From the IMG/VR virus record IMGVR_UViG_3300010359_000002, positions 1 through 61,607 of that record: a DNA stretch of 61,607 nt; one strand, written 5' to 3'. A program made the translations under genes and the position numbers. Shown here in pieces: positions 9,771 to 19,477 of the stretch. Every line of letters starts with the position of its first letter. The first letter of the stretch is position 1. This stretch comes from a virus (lineage: Duplodnaviria; Caudoviricetes). The notes under the pieces are model-generated. The model worked only from the letters and a program-made list of their open reading frames with translations, ran no database searches and had not been told where the DNA came from.

Positions 9771-10015
9771 CCCGTGCGGGCTGGGATCTCGTCGAGGCCA
9801 TCAATGCGGCCACCCACGTCCTGGGGATGCTGGAACGCCCCGAGGACGAGATCCCCCCGCCCGCGATCTGGCACCACTCCGAGCGGCTGGAGGAGTGGTT
9901 CGCCTCCGTCGAGCAGCGCCGCAAGGACCGCGTGCGCGGCATCGAACGGGTCCCGGACGCCGACGACGACGAGAACACCGTGGTCAACCAGCTGGCGAAG
10001 GGCCTGCGCGAGTAG
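9677..10015 (+). CDS. Tail assembly chaperone -1 frameshift extension (GT)
   Basis: GGGAAAC at 9677-9683; the -1 frame stays open to TAG at 10015 (KLGRSPDF...LAKGLRE). Confidence 0.7.
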   Translation, partial: GKLGRSPDFLRVCGAAKQCGGLGSLFPDGDVTRAGWDLVEAINAATHVLGMLERPEDEIPPPAIWHHSERLEEWFASVEQRRKDRVRGIERVPDADDDENTVVNQLAKGLRE

Positions 10016-10032
10016 GCCCTTGGGGGTGCACC

Positions 10033-13000
10033 GTGCCTGACAGCAACTACGAGATCGACATCCTCTTCACCCTCAACGAGGCGTCCGCCCGCCGAGCCGC
10101 CGAAGAGGCCCGGCGCATCTTCAACGAAGGCGGCGCCTGGGGCCCCAACTTCGGCGCCGGCCAAGGCCAAGGCGGCGGCGGGGGAGGAGGCGGCCGTGCC
10201 GGCGCCCCCCTGCCGCGGGACCCCGATGACCTGCCCGGCGCCAGAGCCAAGCGCCTCTCGCAGGAACTCGGCCTGGCCGTCACCGAGCTACGAGCCCTGT
10301 CCCGCGCAGCTGGCGACGTCGCCAAGGCGATGCAGATCGTCACCCAGCGGGCCTACGAAGCCCGCTACGGCCGCAGCGGCAGCATCGACTTCGCCCAGCG
10401 CCGCGCCTACGAGCGGGCTGAACGCACCGCCGGCGCCTTCGAGGGCGCGGCCCGCGCCCGGCAGGAAGGTCCCTACGGCGCACCCGGTGCCGGCGGTGCC
10501 TACCAGTCCGCCTACGAGCAGTCCCGGTTCACCACCGCCCGGCAGGAGAACCTCAGCGCCGCCCGCACCGCGCTGGGCGCCCTCGACGCCGAGACGCAGT
10601 ACTCCGTCGCCCTCAACCGGGCCAGCAACGAGCGGCGCCGCGCCTTCGAGCAGCTGGCCAAGGCCCAGTACGACGACACCAGCCCCGTCCGGCTGTCCGA
10701 CGCGACCCGCCGGCGCATCAACGCCTTCGACCCCACGATCCTGCGCAACGCCGAGCACAAGGCCCAGCAGGTCGCCCAGGAACAGGCCCGCCAGGAGCAG
10801 CTCGGCCGCCTCGACACCTTCCTGCGCTCCGACGCTCCGCTGAGCCAGAAGTTCCTCGCCGGCTTCAGCGGCCGGCCCCCCGGCGAGCCCAAGCTCCCCG
10901 GCACCGGCGGCGGGTTCTGGGAGGGCTTCACCGGTGGCGAGGGCAACTTCAGCAAGGTAATCGGGCAGGCTGCCCGATTCGGCGTCGTCTACGGCGCGAT
11001 CTACGCCCTGATGGGGGCCGTCACCAGCGGCTTCGCCTCCGCCGCCAAGGGCGCCGCCGACTACGAAGAGGCCCTGATCAGCCTCAACCTCGCCACCCAG
11101 GCCAGCACCGAGGACAACCGGGCCCTGGCCGACCAGGCCAGCCGGCTCGGCACCGCCCTCGGCTACGGCGCCCCCGAAGGCGTCCAGGCCGCCGCCCGCG
11201 CCATCGGCCTCTACGACCTCAACGCCCCCGGCACCACCGAGGCCGACCGCCAGCAGCTGGCCCTGCTGTCGACCAACGTCGCCGGCCGCATCGCCCGTGT
11301 CTCCGGCACCGACCTGGACCAGACCCAGACCCAGGTCGCCGGCCTCGTCCGGTCCTTCGGCCTGTCCCCGTTCGAGCAGTCCCGCGTCGAAGACCAGCTG
11401 TCGGTCATCGCCCGCCAGTCCGGCCGCAACCCCGCCGAGCTACTGAGCGCCGGCACCCAGATCGGCCAGATCGCGCACACCGCCGGATTCGACCTGCCCG
11501 ACACCCTGGCCATCATCAGCCAGGTCTCCAGCCAGACCGGCCAGACCGCCGACGCCGTGGCCGGCCAGCTGTCCCAGGTGCTGTCCAAGGCCAACGACCC
11601 TGCCGCCCTGTCCCGGCTGGCCAGCGTCGGCGTGGACGTCCAGGGCACCACCCTCAAGCAGCAGATCGAGCAGCTGTCGAGCATGAACCTCGACCCGGCC
11701 ACCCGCTCCCAGGTGGTCCAGGCGTTCGGCCGCAGCCGCTCCGGCGCCAGCTTCGACATCCTGCTGCAGAACCTCGGCCGCGTGCAGGGTCTGGCCGCCG
11801 AGGGCCGCGCCGCCGAACCCGGCAGCGGCGAGCGGACCTTCGACACCGTCATGTCCTCGCTGTCCAAGCAGCTGTTGGAGCTGAAGGGCACCCTGCAGAA
11901 CATCGCCAACGGGCTGGCCCAGGCCGGCATCTTCCAGGCCGTCGGGCACCTGGTCGTCGTCTTCGGTGCAATGGCCAAGATCGTCGAGCACGTCATCCAG
12001 GTCTACAACTCTCTGCCCGGCCCGATCCGCGAGGGCATCGGCACCATCATCGAGCTGATCGTGATGTTCCGGCTGCTCCGTCTGGCCATGCAGGCCCAGC
12101 TGGTGCAGCAAGCCGCGACCGGCCTCGGTGGCCTCCTGCAGAACCTGCTGCGCGGTGGCGGGCGGATCCCCGGCCTCAATACCCTGCGCGAGGCCCGCCT
12201 CGCCAGCCTGGGCGCCTCGGCCGCAGCCCGAGCCGGTGGCGCCGGTGCCGCGGTCGCCTCCCTGGCCGGGCTCCGCGCCGGCATCGGGGCAGCCGGTGCA
12301 GCCGCCGGGGCCGGTGGGCTCGCCGCCGCCGGCAGCAGGCTCCTACCGCTGGTCGGCGGCGTCCCCGGCCTCCTGGTCGGCGCCGCGATCGGCATCGGCA
12401 CCGGCCTCTACGGTGCCGACCAGGCGTCGCGGCGCACCCAGAGCCTGGCCCAGCAGGCCAACGCCGCCGCCGGCAGCGCCGGCACCGCCGAGGAGCTGCG
12501 CACCGCTGCCGGCCGCTTCGACCAGGCCGTGCAGGCCGCGCAGAAGCAGCAGGAGCTGTCCCTCAGCAACTTCCTCGACCAGGGCCTCGCGCCCTGGCTG
12601 CTGCGCCTCCAGGGCTCCGACTCCAGCGCCGCCAAGGCCGAACGCACCGGGCAGGAACGCTCCGCTGAACTGCGCAAGCAGGCCGACGACCTGGACAAGG
12701 CCCAGGCATCGGCCACCATCCAGAGCGGCGCCAACGCCTTCCAGAACTTCGCCTCCGCCGACGCCGTCAACAGCGGACTGCAGGTGCTCAAGGAGCGCGG
12801 CTACTCCGCGGCCCAGCAGCTGGCCGCCCTCAACCAGGCGATGGACGGCTTCACCGCCTCCAGCACCCGCGCCGCCGGCGCCGTCGGGTTCATTCAGCAG
12901 GGCGCCGGCGAGGTCTTCACCCGAGCGGCCGCTTCCGCACCCGGCAAGGCCATCGAGAAGACCCGCCTGAAGCTCCAGAACACCATCACCGGCCTGACCC

Positions 13001-15069
13001 CCAAGGTCGACATGGACTGGTGGGACCGGCAGTGGTCCGGCCTGGCCCACCTGGGGGACACCCAGCAGAGCATCAACGACATGGCCGGCGTCACCGACAC
13101 CGAGATCGCCGACCGAGCCATCCTCGACAAGGCGCTGCAGGGCGGCAACCTCCAGAAGGAAGCCAACTCCGCGATCGGCGACTACCTCAAGTCGATCGGC
13201 AAGGACGCCACCCGCGGTCCGGTCTCCCTCAACGCCGACGAGATCGCCCGGGTCAAGGAGATCGAGCAGGGCCTCCTCAACAAGTACGCCCCGGGGCTGT
13301 CCAAGTTCACCGCCGTCGACCTCAAGCGCAACCTGGAAGCCGGCTTCGGCGACGCCACCGGCGCCTTCATCAACACCACCCCGACCCTGACCGACGTCAC
13401 CAGCTTCCTCAGCGGCGCAGTGCCCCTGGCCGACAGCACCGCCCAGGACGTCGCCGACATCGCCCGCGACCCCAGCCTCAAGCCCGAACGCCAGCTGCAG
13501 GAACTGCAGGCCGCCCGGCAGCGCGCCATGAACCTGATCGCGCAGATGCCCACCGGCACCGCAGACGAGGTCAAGAGCAAGGCCGACGCCCTCAACGCCG
13601 TCAACACCGCCATCGACGCCGCCATCGCCCGCACCTACGACGACCAGTTCAAGGCCCGCTCGGAGGTCATCGACCGGCAGGTGGCCAGCGCCCAGTCCAT
13701 GCTCGCGATCGAGGACACCATCGGCCGGCGCGCAGCCGAGATCTCCGGCCTGCGACAGAAGCTCGCCCTGCCCAACCTCTCCGAGATCGAACGGCAGGAG
13801 ACCCAGACCCAGCTCGCCAACGCCCAGGCCCAGCAGGCCCAGGACGAACGCGAAGGGGCCAGGAGCGTAGCCCTCGGCAAGGCCCAGCTCGGCGGCGCCT
13901 ACCTCACCGGCAACTTCGTCGGCACCAACCAGAAGGCGATCCTCGACCTCAACCTCGCCAACGCCACCGCCGACTACAAGCGCCTCAAGGATCTCCCCGA
14001 CACCAACAAGGCCAAGGGCGACGCGCTGCAGGCCGTCGCCGCCGCCGCCCAGGCCGAACTCGACTACGCCACAGCCGTCAAGGAGACCACCGCCAAGCTG
14101 GCCCTGAAGCCCAACGATGCCGTCGGACAGGCCCAGGCCGACATCGACGCCGCCCTCGACGCCTACAACCTGGCCAAGGCCACCGGCGACCAGAAGGCCA
14201 TCAACGAGGCCGAACTCAAGCTCCGCGACACCCGCGCCGCCAAGATCCAAGCCGTCGCGCAGCAGCACTCCTACGAGCGGGCCGCGCTCCTGACCCCGAA
14301 CTCCGTCACCGGCGAAGCCGCCAACGCCCTCGCCGACGCCGCGGAGGCCCTGGACAACGCCAAGCGCAACGACGTCGGCAACGTCCAAGACGCCCAGGCC
14401 CGCTACAACAAGGCCCTCTACGACTACACCAGCGCGCAGCTGGACTTCGCCCAGCAGGTCGCCCGCGACTTCGACTACACCGACCCCGTTCAGGCCGGGG
14501 AGAAGACGCTACGCGACATCCAGCAACGCCTCGACGCCCGGGACAAGAACGGCCAGCTCCTGGAACGCGACCCGCAGCGGCGCCAACTCCTGCAGCTCCA
14601 GGCCGACCACCAGCGCCTCGCGAACGAGAAGACCGCCTTCGAGCAGCGGCAGCGAGACATCTCCGACTACGAAGAGCTGGGCCGCATCACCCACGCCGAC
14701 GCCCTGCAGATGCGCAAGAACGACCGTGCCCGGCTCGCCTCTGAGCTGGCCTCCATGAAGGCCACCGATGAGGGCTACCGGCAGAAGCAGGACGAGCTGA
14801 CCGAGCTGGACAAGACCATCAAGGCCGCCACCGACAAGTTCCAGGGCCAATTCAACATCGGGGGAATCAAGCTCCCGACCGTCTACGAGATCCGCCGCAG
14901 CCTCGGAATCACCGATGGCGCAGCAACATCTGCCACGAACAACTACGCCAACTACGCCAACGTCACGATCAACGGCGCCGACTTCGCGAAGGTCGTCGAC
15001 TACCTCAACAAGATCCTCGGCAAGCCAACCCGCAACGTGCGGGCCAACACGACCCGGGTGGTGGGCTGA
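10033..15069 (+). CDS. Tape measure protein
   Basis: ~1678 aa from GTG 10033; Ala/Gln-rich helical, with a TP901-like core and hydrophobic segments. Confidence 0.9.
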   Translation: MPDSNYEIDILFTLNEASARRAAEEARRIFNEGGAWGPNFGAGQGQGGGGGGGGRAGAPLPRDPDDLPGARAKRLSQELGLAVTELRALSRAAGDVAKAMQIVTQRAYEARYGRSGSIDFAQRRAYERAERTAGAFEGAARARQEGPYGAPGAGGAYQSAYEQSRFTTARQENLSAARTALGALDAETQYSVALNRASNERRRAFEQLAKAQYDDTSPVRLSDATRRRINAFDPTILRNAEHKAQQVAQEQARQEQLGRLDTFLRSDAPLSQKFLAGFSGRPPGEPKLPGTGGGFWEGFTGGEGNFSKVIGQAARFGVVYGAIYALMGAVTSGFASAAKGAADYEEALISLNLATQASTEDNRALADQASRLGTALGYGAPEGVQAAARAIGLYDLNAPGTTEADRQQLALLSTNVAGRIARVSGTDLDQTQTQVAGLVRSFGLSPFEQSRVEDQLSVIARQSGRNPAELLSAGTQIGQIAHTAGFDLPDTLAIISQVSSQTGQTADAVAGQLSQVLSKANDPAALSRLASVGVDVQGTTLKQQIEQLSSMNLDPATRSQVVQAFGRSRSGASFDILLQNLGRVQGLAAEGRAAEPGSGERTFDTVMSSLSKQLLELKGTLQNIANGLAQAGIFQAVGHLVVVFGAMAKIVEHVIQVYNSLPGPIREGIGTIIELIVMFRLLRLAMQAQLVQQAATGLGGLLQNLLRGGGRIPGLNTLREARLASLGASAAARAGGAGAAVASLAGLRAGIGAAGAAAGAGGLAAAGSRLLPLVGGVPGLLVGAAIGIGTGLYGADQASRRTQSLAQQANAAAGSAGTAEELRTAAGRFDQAVQAAQKQQELSLSNFLDQGLAPWLLRLQGSDSSAAKAERTGQERSAELRKQADDLDKAQASATIQSGANAFQNFASADAVNSGLQVLKERGYSAAQQLAALNQAMDGFTASSTRAAGAVGFIQQGAGEVFTRAAASAPGKAIEKTRLKLQNTITGLTPKVDMDWWDRQWSGLAHLGDTQQSINDMAGVTDTEIADRAILDKALQGGNLQKEANSAIGDYLKSIGKDATRGPVSLNADEIARVKEIEQGLLNKYAPGLSKFTAVDLKRNLEAGFGDATGAFINTTPTLTDVTSFLSGAVPLADSTAQDVADIARDPSLKPERQLQELQAARQRAMNLIAQMPTGTADEVKSKADALNAVNTAIDAAIARTYDDQFKARSEVIDRQVASAQSMLAIEDTIGRRAAEISGLRQKLALPNLSEIERQETQTQLANAQAQQAQDEREGARSVALGKAQLGGAYLTGNFVGTNQKAILDLNLANATADYKRLKDLPDTNKAKGDALQAVAAAAQAELDYATAVKETTAKLALKPNDAVGQAQADIDAALDAYNLAKATGDQKAINEAELKLRDTRAAKIQAVAQQHSYERAALLTPNSVTGEAANALADAAEALDNAKRNDVGNVQDAQARYNKALYDYTSAQLDFAQQVARDFDYTDPVQAGEKTLRDIQQRLDARDKNGQLLERDPQRRQLLQLQADHQRLANEKTAFEQRQRDISDYEELGRITHADALQMRKNDRARLASELASMKATDEGYRQKQDELTELDKTIKAATDKFQGQFNIGGIKLPTVYEIRRSLGITDGAATSATNNYANYANVTINGADFAKVVDYLNKILGKPTRNVRANTTRVVG

Positions 15070-15486
15070 ATGAGCGTTTACAAGCGCTGGGAACTCCACG
15101 ACTCCACCGGCGACGTCTACGTGTTCGTCCCCAACCCGAACAAGATGACCAGCCCATTCCCCACCCGCAACGTCACCATGCAGTCCACCACCGCGGTCGA
15201 CGGCAAGGTGCTGCTGTTCGAGGGGACCATGCAGCCGGTCCAATGGACCTTCGGCGGCGACATCCAGGACCACGTCCAGTACGAAGCGCTGCGGCAGTGG
15301 GTCTACGACCGGGTCGGACGCCGAGTCTGGCTCTACGACCACTACGGCCGGCGCATCACCTGCGTCCTGACCAAGTTCGAGCCCCAGCCGGTCCGGGCCA
15401 TCGGCAAGTACTGGCGCCACGAATACCAGATCACCGCCATCGTCACCAAGGTCGGCGCCCCCACCGTCGGTGAGGTCCCAGCATGA
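15070..15486 (+). CDS. Distal tail (Dit)-like minor tail protein
   Basis: 138 aa, beta-rich, immediately after the tape measure. Confidence 0.55.
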   Translation: MSVYKRWELHDSTGDVYVFVPNPNKMTSPFPTRNVTMQSTTAVDGKVLLFEGTMQPVQWTFGGDIQDHVQYEALRQWVYDRVGRRVWLYDHYGRRITCVLTKFEPQPVRAIGKYWRHEYQITAIVTKVGAPTVGEVPA

Positions 15487-17765
15487 GGATCCTCCCCGAG
15501 ATGGAGGCCATCTGGCGCCGCGGAGACTTCACCGGCCCCACCCGCCCGATGGCCCGCGTCACCATCGAGCGCCCCAAGATGGCGCTACGCACCTACGGAC
15601 TGCTGTCCAAGTACAGCATCATCGCCGAAGCCCCCTCCGGGATCGGCTCCGCCACACAGGTTCTCGGCCAGATCGACCCCAACCACGGCCGGCGCGTCGC
15701 CAACACCTACGCCGACCTCCTCTTCACCGCCCCCGGCACCCCCGTCGAGCTGCTCAACGTCAAGACCCTCTCCTGGGTCCGCTCCCTCGACCAGGACGCC
15801 GCCACCCTCACCCTCACCCTGGCCAACACCGCCCCCCGCGACGAGACCACGCCCGTCCCGAGTGGCGCCGCCGGCCGCGACCTGGACTACCCCGGCTGGT
15901 ACACCCCCGACCGCGGCCAGAGCCAATGGTCGGCCCGCTGGGGCCACGTCAAGAACAGCTGGGCCGGCCTGATCCGCCCGGACAACCTCATCAAGACCTA
16001 CGAGGGCTACGGCCTGGACGTCACCGCCATCCCCGAGGAAGACGCCAACCTCGTCCAGACCGGGGTCTGGCTCATCGACACCGTGCAGATCAACGCCTTC
16101 GGCGTCATCACCGTCCAAGCCCGCGACCTGGCCCGACTCCTGCTGGACCACCAGACCAACCAGCCCGTCGTCCCCAAGGACTTCGACCCGCTGGAGTTCA
16201 TCAACTGGGACGACGCCATCGTCCCCACCCCGCCGGTACGCACCCGCATCCCGCTGAAGGTCCGCGACCACTCCGGCCGCTACGGCCCCTACAAGCAAGG
16301 CGACGGCACCTTCATCGACAACATCCCCGACCCCGACCGGTACCGCGGCCACACCCCGCAGGACTCCATCGACGACAACCCCGACACCTTCTGGATGTCG
16401 TTTGCCCACATCAAGCCCCGCTGGCCCTGGGGCGTGGAATGGATCGAGTACTCCCTGCCCGGCTCCCGCGTCGGCACCGTCGCCATGTGGCTGATCGGTT
16501 CCGGCTACCAGGTCTACGTCTCCGTCTACGCCGACGGGCACTGGCTCGACGAAGACGGAAACCCCGCCACCGGATCCACCAAGACGATCCCCTTCACCAT
16601 CAACCCCGAAGGCGGCCGCGACCAGCACGCCGGCATCCCCTACCGCTCAACGTTCGTTTACCGGGCCGACGGCAACCCCGTCGGCATCGCCGTCGACTTC
16701 CCGCCGGCCGACAAGGTCACCCGCATCCGCCTGTCCTTCAAGAACCTCCAGCACCTGCCCGGCATCACCCCCCGCGAACACAGCTACCGGGTCGCGGTCC
16801 GCACCGTGGCCGTGGAATCCCCACTCACCGCCGGCACCCGCAAGATCAGCCCCGGCCCCGCCGGCGCCAATCCCGGGCGCATGGAGGACTACACCGACAT
16901 CATCAAGCTGGCCTGCGCCTGGGCCGGCTTCTACTGGCCCACCAACGCCTACATCACCCGCAGCGACGGCACCCAGCAATACCAGCGCTTCACCCAACCC
17001 GACCCCGTCCTGGCCACCGCCGGCCGCGTCTGGGGCGACTTCGAGCAGACCGGAACCGCGGCCGTCGCGAAGATCGAAGACGCCCTCGTCAACAAGAGCC
17101 TCATGGACGTCGTCAACTACGTCCGCAACATCATCGGATTCGTCTTCTACATCGCCGAAGACGGCGCCGTGCAATGGCGCCTGCCCAACATCTTCGACCT
17201 GGGCAACACCATCTCCGACAACAGCGACCACGTCGGGCGCACCAAGCGCGTCTTCGTCATCGACGAACGAGAGAACCTCACCGCCCTCGACGCCACCCTG
17301 TCCAGCCACGACCTGCGCGAACAGATCCGCGTCAAGAACGCCGCCAAGGAAGTCACCACGGCCGGCTACAACCCCAACAACATCGGGCTTCGCCGTGTCC
17401 TGCTGTGGGCCGACGACCGCTTCGAGGAACGCGACCTCAAGCGCGCCTCCGAACTGACCGCACTGGCCTCGCTGTTCACCTACCGCACCGACCGCACCAA
17501 GATCCCCGGCTTCCCCGGCATCCAACTGGACGACCAGGTCCGCATCATGGAACGCGTCACCAACGAGGGCTCGGTCCACTACGTCAGCGGCATCTCCAGC
17601 GACAACGACCTCGAAGCCGGCACCTGGAACTACACCCTGTCCACCCACTGGCTGGGCGAGAACCCGCAGACCCGGTGGATGGTCCCGCGGCCCAAGCTGC
17701 CCTCCGCTGCCATCATCGACACGACGACGCACCGGGTGCGCCAGCAGTTCCGGAGGCCCGCGTGA
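15483..17765 (+). CDS. Tail hub/Tal-like minor tail protein with a discoidin-like insert
   Basis: Synteny; C-terminal 'PGIQLDDQVRI' hub-like motif; internal 'DSIDDNPDTFWMS...EWIEY' resembles an F5/8 type C domain. Confidence 0.6.
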   Translation: MRILPEMEAIWRRGDFTGPTRPMARVTIERPKMALRTYGLLSKYSIIAEAPSGIGSATQVLGQIDPNHGRRVANTYADLLFTAPGTPVELLNVKTLSWVRSLDQDAATLTLTLANTAPRDETTPVPSGAAGRDLDYPGWYTPDRGQSQWSARWGHVKNSWAGLIRPDNLIKTYEGYGLDVTAIPEEDANLVQTGVWLIDTVQINAFGVITVQARDLARLLLDHQTNQPVVPKDFDPLEFINWDDAIVPTPPVRTRIPLKVRDHSGRYGPYKQGDGTFIDNIPDPDRYRGHTPQDSIDDNPDTFWMSFAHIKPRWPWGVEWIEYSLPGSRVGTVAMWLIGSGYQVYVSVYADGHWLDEDGNPATGSTKTIPFTINPEGGRDQHAGIPYRSTFVYRADGNPVGIAVDFPPADKVTRIRLSFKNLQHLPGITPREHSYRVAVRTVAVESPLTAGTRKISPGPAGANPGRMEDYTDIIKLACAWAGFYWPTNAYITRSDGTQQYQRFTQPDPVLATAGRVWGDFEQTGTAAVAKIEDALVNKSLMDVVNYVRNIIGFVFYIAEDGAVQWRLPNIFDLGNTISDNSDHVGRTKRVFVIDERENLTALDATLSSHDLREQIRVKNAAKEVTTAGYNPNNIGLRRVLLWADDRFEERDLKRASELTALASLFTYRTDRTKIPGFPGIQLDDQVRIMERVTNEGSVHYVSGISSDNDLEAGTWNYTLSTHWLGENPQTRWMVPRPKLPSAAIIDTTTHRVRQQFRRPA

Positions 17766-18262
17766 CCAGCGAACTCGTCGACCTCTTCTACGACGTCCAC
17801 ATCACCGCCGAGCAACGCGCCGGCGACAGGGCCCTGCAGCAGGCCGCAGCCGTCGCCAACACCAGCTACACCTACGTGCAGAAGACCCGCGGCTACGGCC
17901 ACAAGGTCGTCACCGTCCACTTCGACGTCGCCTTCATCACCGAGCCGGCGTTCATGGTCGGCGCCACCCTCGTCGACATCGAGTTCGCCGGCTTCCTGCC
18001 CATCCCCTCCGCCCTGCTGCTGCGCTGGCTACGCGACGCCCGCGGCGGCTACATCGGCGCCCAGGTCGTGCTGTCCGTCGACATGCGTGCCGCAGCCGGC
18101 TTCCAGCCCTTCGGCAACCTCCCCGCCCCTGGCTCCTGGACCCCCGGCGCGACCGTCGCCCATCACCTCACCTTCCTGGCCCCCTCTCGGGCCAAGCTCG
18201 ACGCCACCGCCTCCACCAGCGCCCAAGCCACCGACGCGATTGACGTGGACACCGATGTCTGA
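17762..18262 (+). CDS. Minor tail protein / hypothetical
   Basis: GTG 17762 overlaps the previous stop (VTSELVDLF...). Confidence 0.6.
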   Translation: MTSELVDLFYDVHITAEQRAGDRALQQAAAVANTSYTYVQKTRGYGHKVVTVHFDVAFITEPAFMVGATLVDIEFAGFLPIPSALLLRWLRDARGGYIGAQVVLSVDMRAAAGFQPFGNLPAPGSWTPGATVAHHLTFLAPSRAKLDATASTSAQATDAIDVDTDV

Positions 18263-18368
18263 CCAGGTCCGCTCCACCACCACCGAGCAGATCCTCGTGC
18301 TCATCCGCTACGCCGACGAGGCCGTCCGCCTCGAAGGCATGGGCGGCGGCGAGATCGGGGTCAGCTGA
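18255..18368 (+). CDS. Small hypothetical protein (37 aa)
   Basis: ATG 18255; overlaps both neighbouring genes, suggesting translational coupling. Confidence 0.45.
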   Translation: MSDQVRSTTTEQILVLIRYADEAVRLEGMGGGEIGVS

Positions 18369-18910
18369 TGGGCCGCCTGGTCGGCCGCCGCGCCCTGAGC
18401 CGGTGCATCACCCACCACGCCGGCGCGGCCGCAGCCCTGTCCCAGCTCGCCACCTCCACCGGGCCCGAGCCCGATCCCTACGCCCACACCACGTACTGGG
18501 CGTCAGGGCACTACGGCTTCGAGCGGCTCGGCTTCTTCCGCGTCGACCCCGGCACCGAGCTGACCCTCCCGGAGTCCATCACCCTGCCCGGCGGCCCGGC
18601 TGTCGCGCTTAACCTGGAGGTCGACTTCCAGGACCCCTGGGACATGGTCTTCACCCAGACCGACGCCCGGATCCTCATCGAAGGTGAGGTCTGGCAGGAC
18701 TGGTGGCCCTGGCAGGTCGACTCCGGCGGCCAGCGCATCCTCAACGCCGCCACCCCCGAGACCGCCGCCAGCTGGCCCCCACCCGGCGGAGACACCAAGG
18801 TCGAGCTGCGCACCACCTACCACGCCAACCCCACCCGGCCCGACGGCTGGGACTACTTCGGCTGGGTCCACGTGCGCCGCTACGCCATCAGCATCACCAC
18901 CCTGGCGTGA
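18368..18910 (+). CDS. Hypothetical virion-region protein
   Basis: TGATG coupling; Trp-rich, beta-type. Confidence 0.6.
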   Translation: MGRLVGRRALSRCITHHAGAAAALSQLATSTGPEPDPYAHTTYWASGHYGFERLGFFRVDPGTELTLPESITLPGGPAVALNLEVDFQDPWDMVFTQTDARILIEGEVWQDWWPWQVDSGGQRILNAATPETAASWPPPGGDTKVELRTTYHANPTRPDGWDYFGWVHVRRYAISITTLA

Positions 18911-19476
18911 TCACCGGCTGGGGCTTCGACCAGGCAGTCGTCATCAACCGTGAGGACCGCCCCGACCGGCTCGCCCGCTTCGTTGAACGCTGGCAGGGCA
19001 CGCCGCTGGCCCCTATGCCGCTGCGCACCTTCACCGCGCACACCGGCTCGAACCCGACCGCGGCCTGCCTGGCCAGCCACCTGGACGTCCTGGCCACCAG
19101 CCTGACCTCCACCCTCGTCCTGGAGGACGACGCCATCTTCGGGCCCGGCTTCCCCTGGCCGGCGCAGAACTTCCCGCCCAACGACTGGGGCGTGCTGTGG
19201 CTGGGCGCCCAGCACATCTCCCTTCCCCGCCCGGCCACCCGCGGCTGGGTGCAGCCGGTGGAGATCATGCGCACCCACGCCTACGTGGCCCGCTACCCGC
19301 CCTCCCTGGCCGCGATGCTCCGGTTCGTCAACCCCCCACGGATCGACCCCTACCTGGCCCGGCTTGGACTTCCCCAGTACGTGGCCGATCCCCAGACGGT
19401 GGGCCAAGACGCCGGCCCCAGCGACACCGGCGGCCCGGCGCGAGGCGAAGCGGAGTTCTGGCACCTGGGAGGCTGA
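18907..19476 (+). CDS. Glycosyltransferase family 25-like protein
   Basis: From GTG 18907: VIN..R.DR, ACLASH, LVLEDDA, DW..L.LG and THAY motifs of GT25. Confidence 0.75.
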   Translation: MITGWGFDQAVVINREDRPDRLARFVERWQGTPLAPMPLRTFTAHTGSNPTAACLASHLDVLATSLTSTLVLEDDAIFGPGFPWPAQNFPPNDWGVLWLGAQHISLPRPATRGWVQPVEIMRTHAYVARYPPSLAAMLRFVNPPRIDPYLARLGLPQYVADPQTVGQDAGPSDTGGPARGEAEFWHLGG

Positions 19477-19477
19477 C

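Noticed and set aside
9658-10032. Tape measure starting at 9658
   Set aside because: Overlaps the chaperone genes; GTG 10033 after a G-rich RBS fits better.
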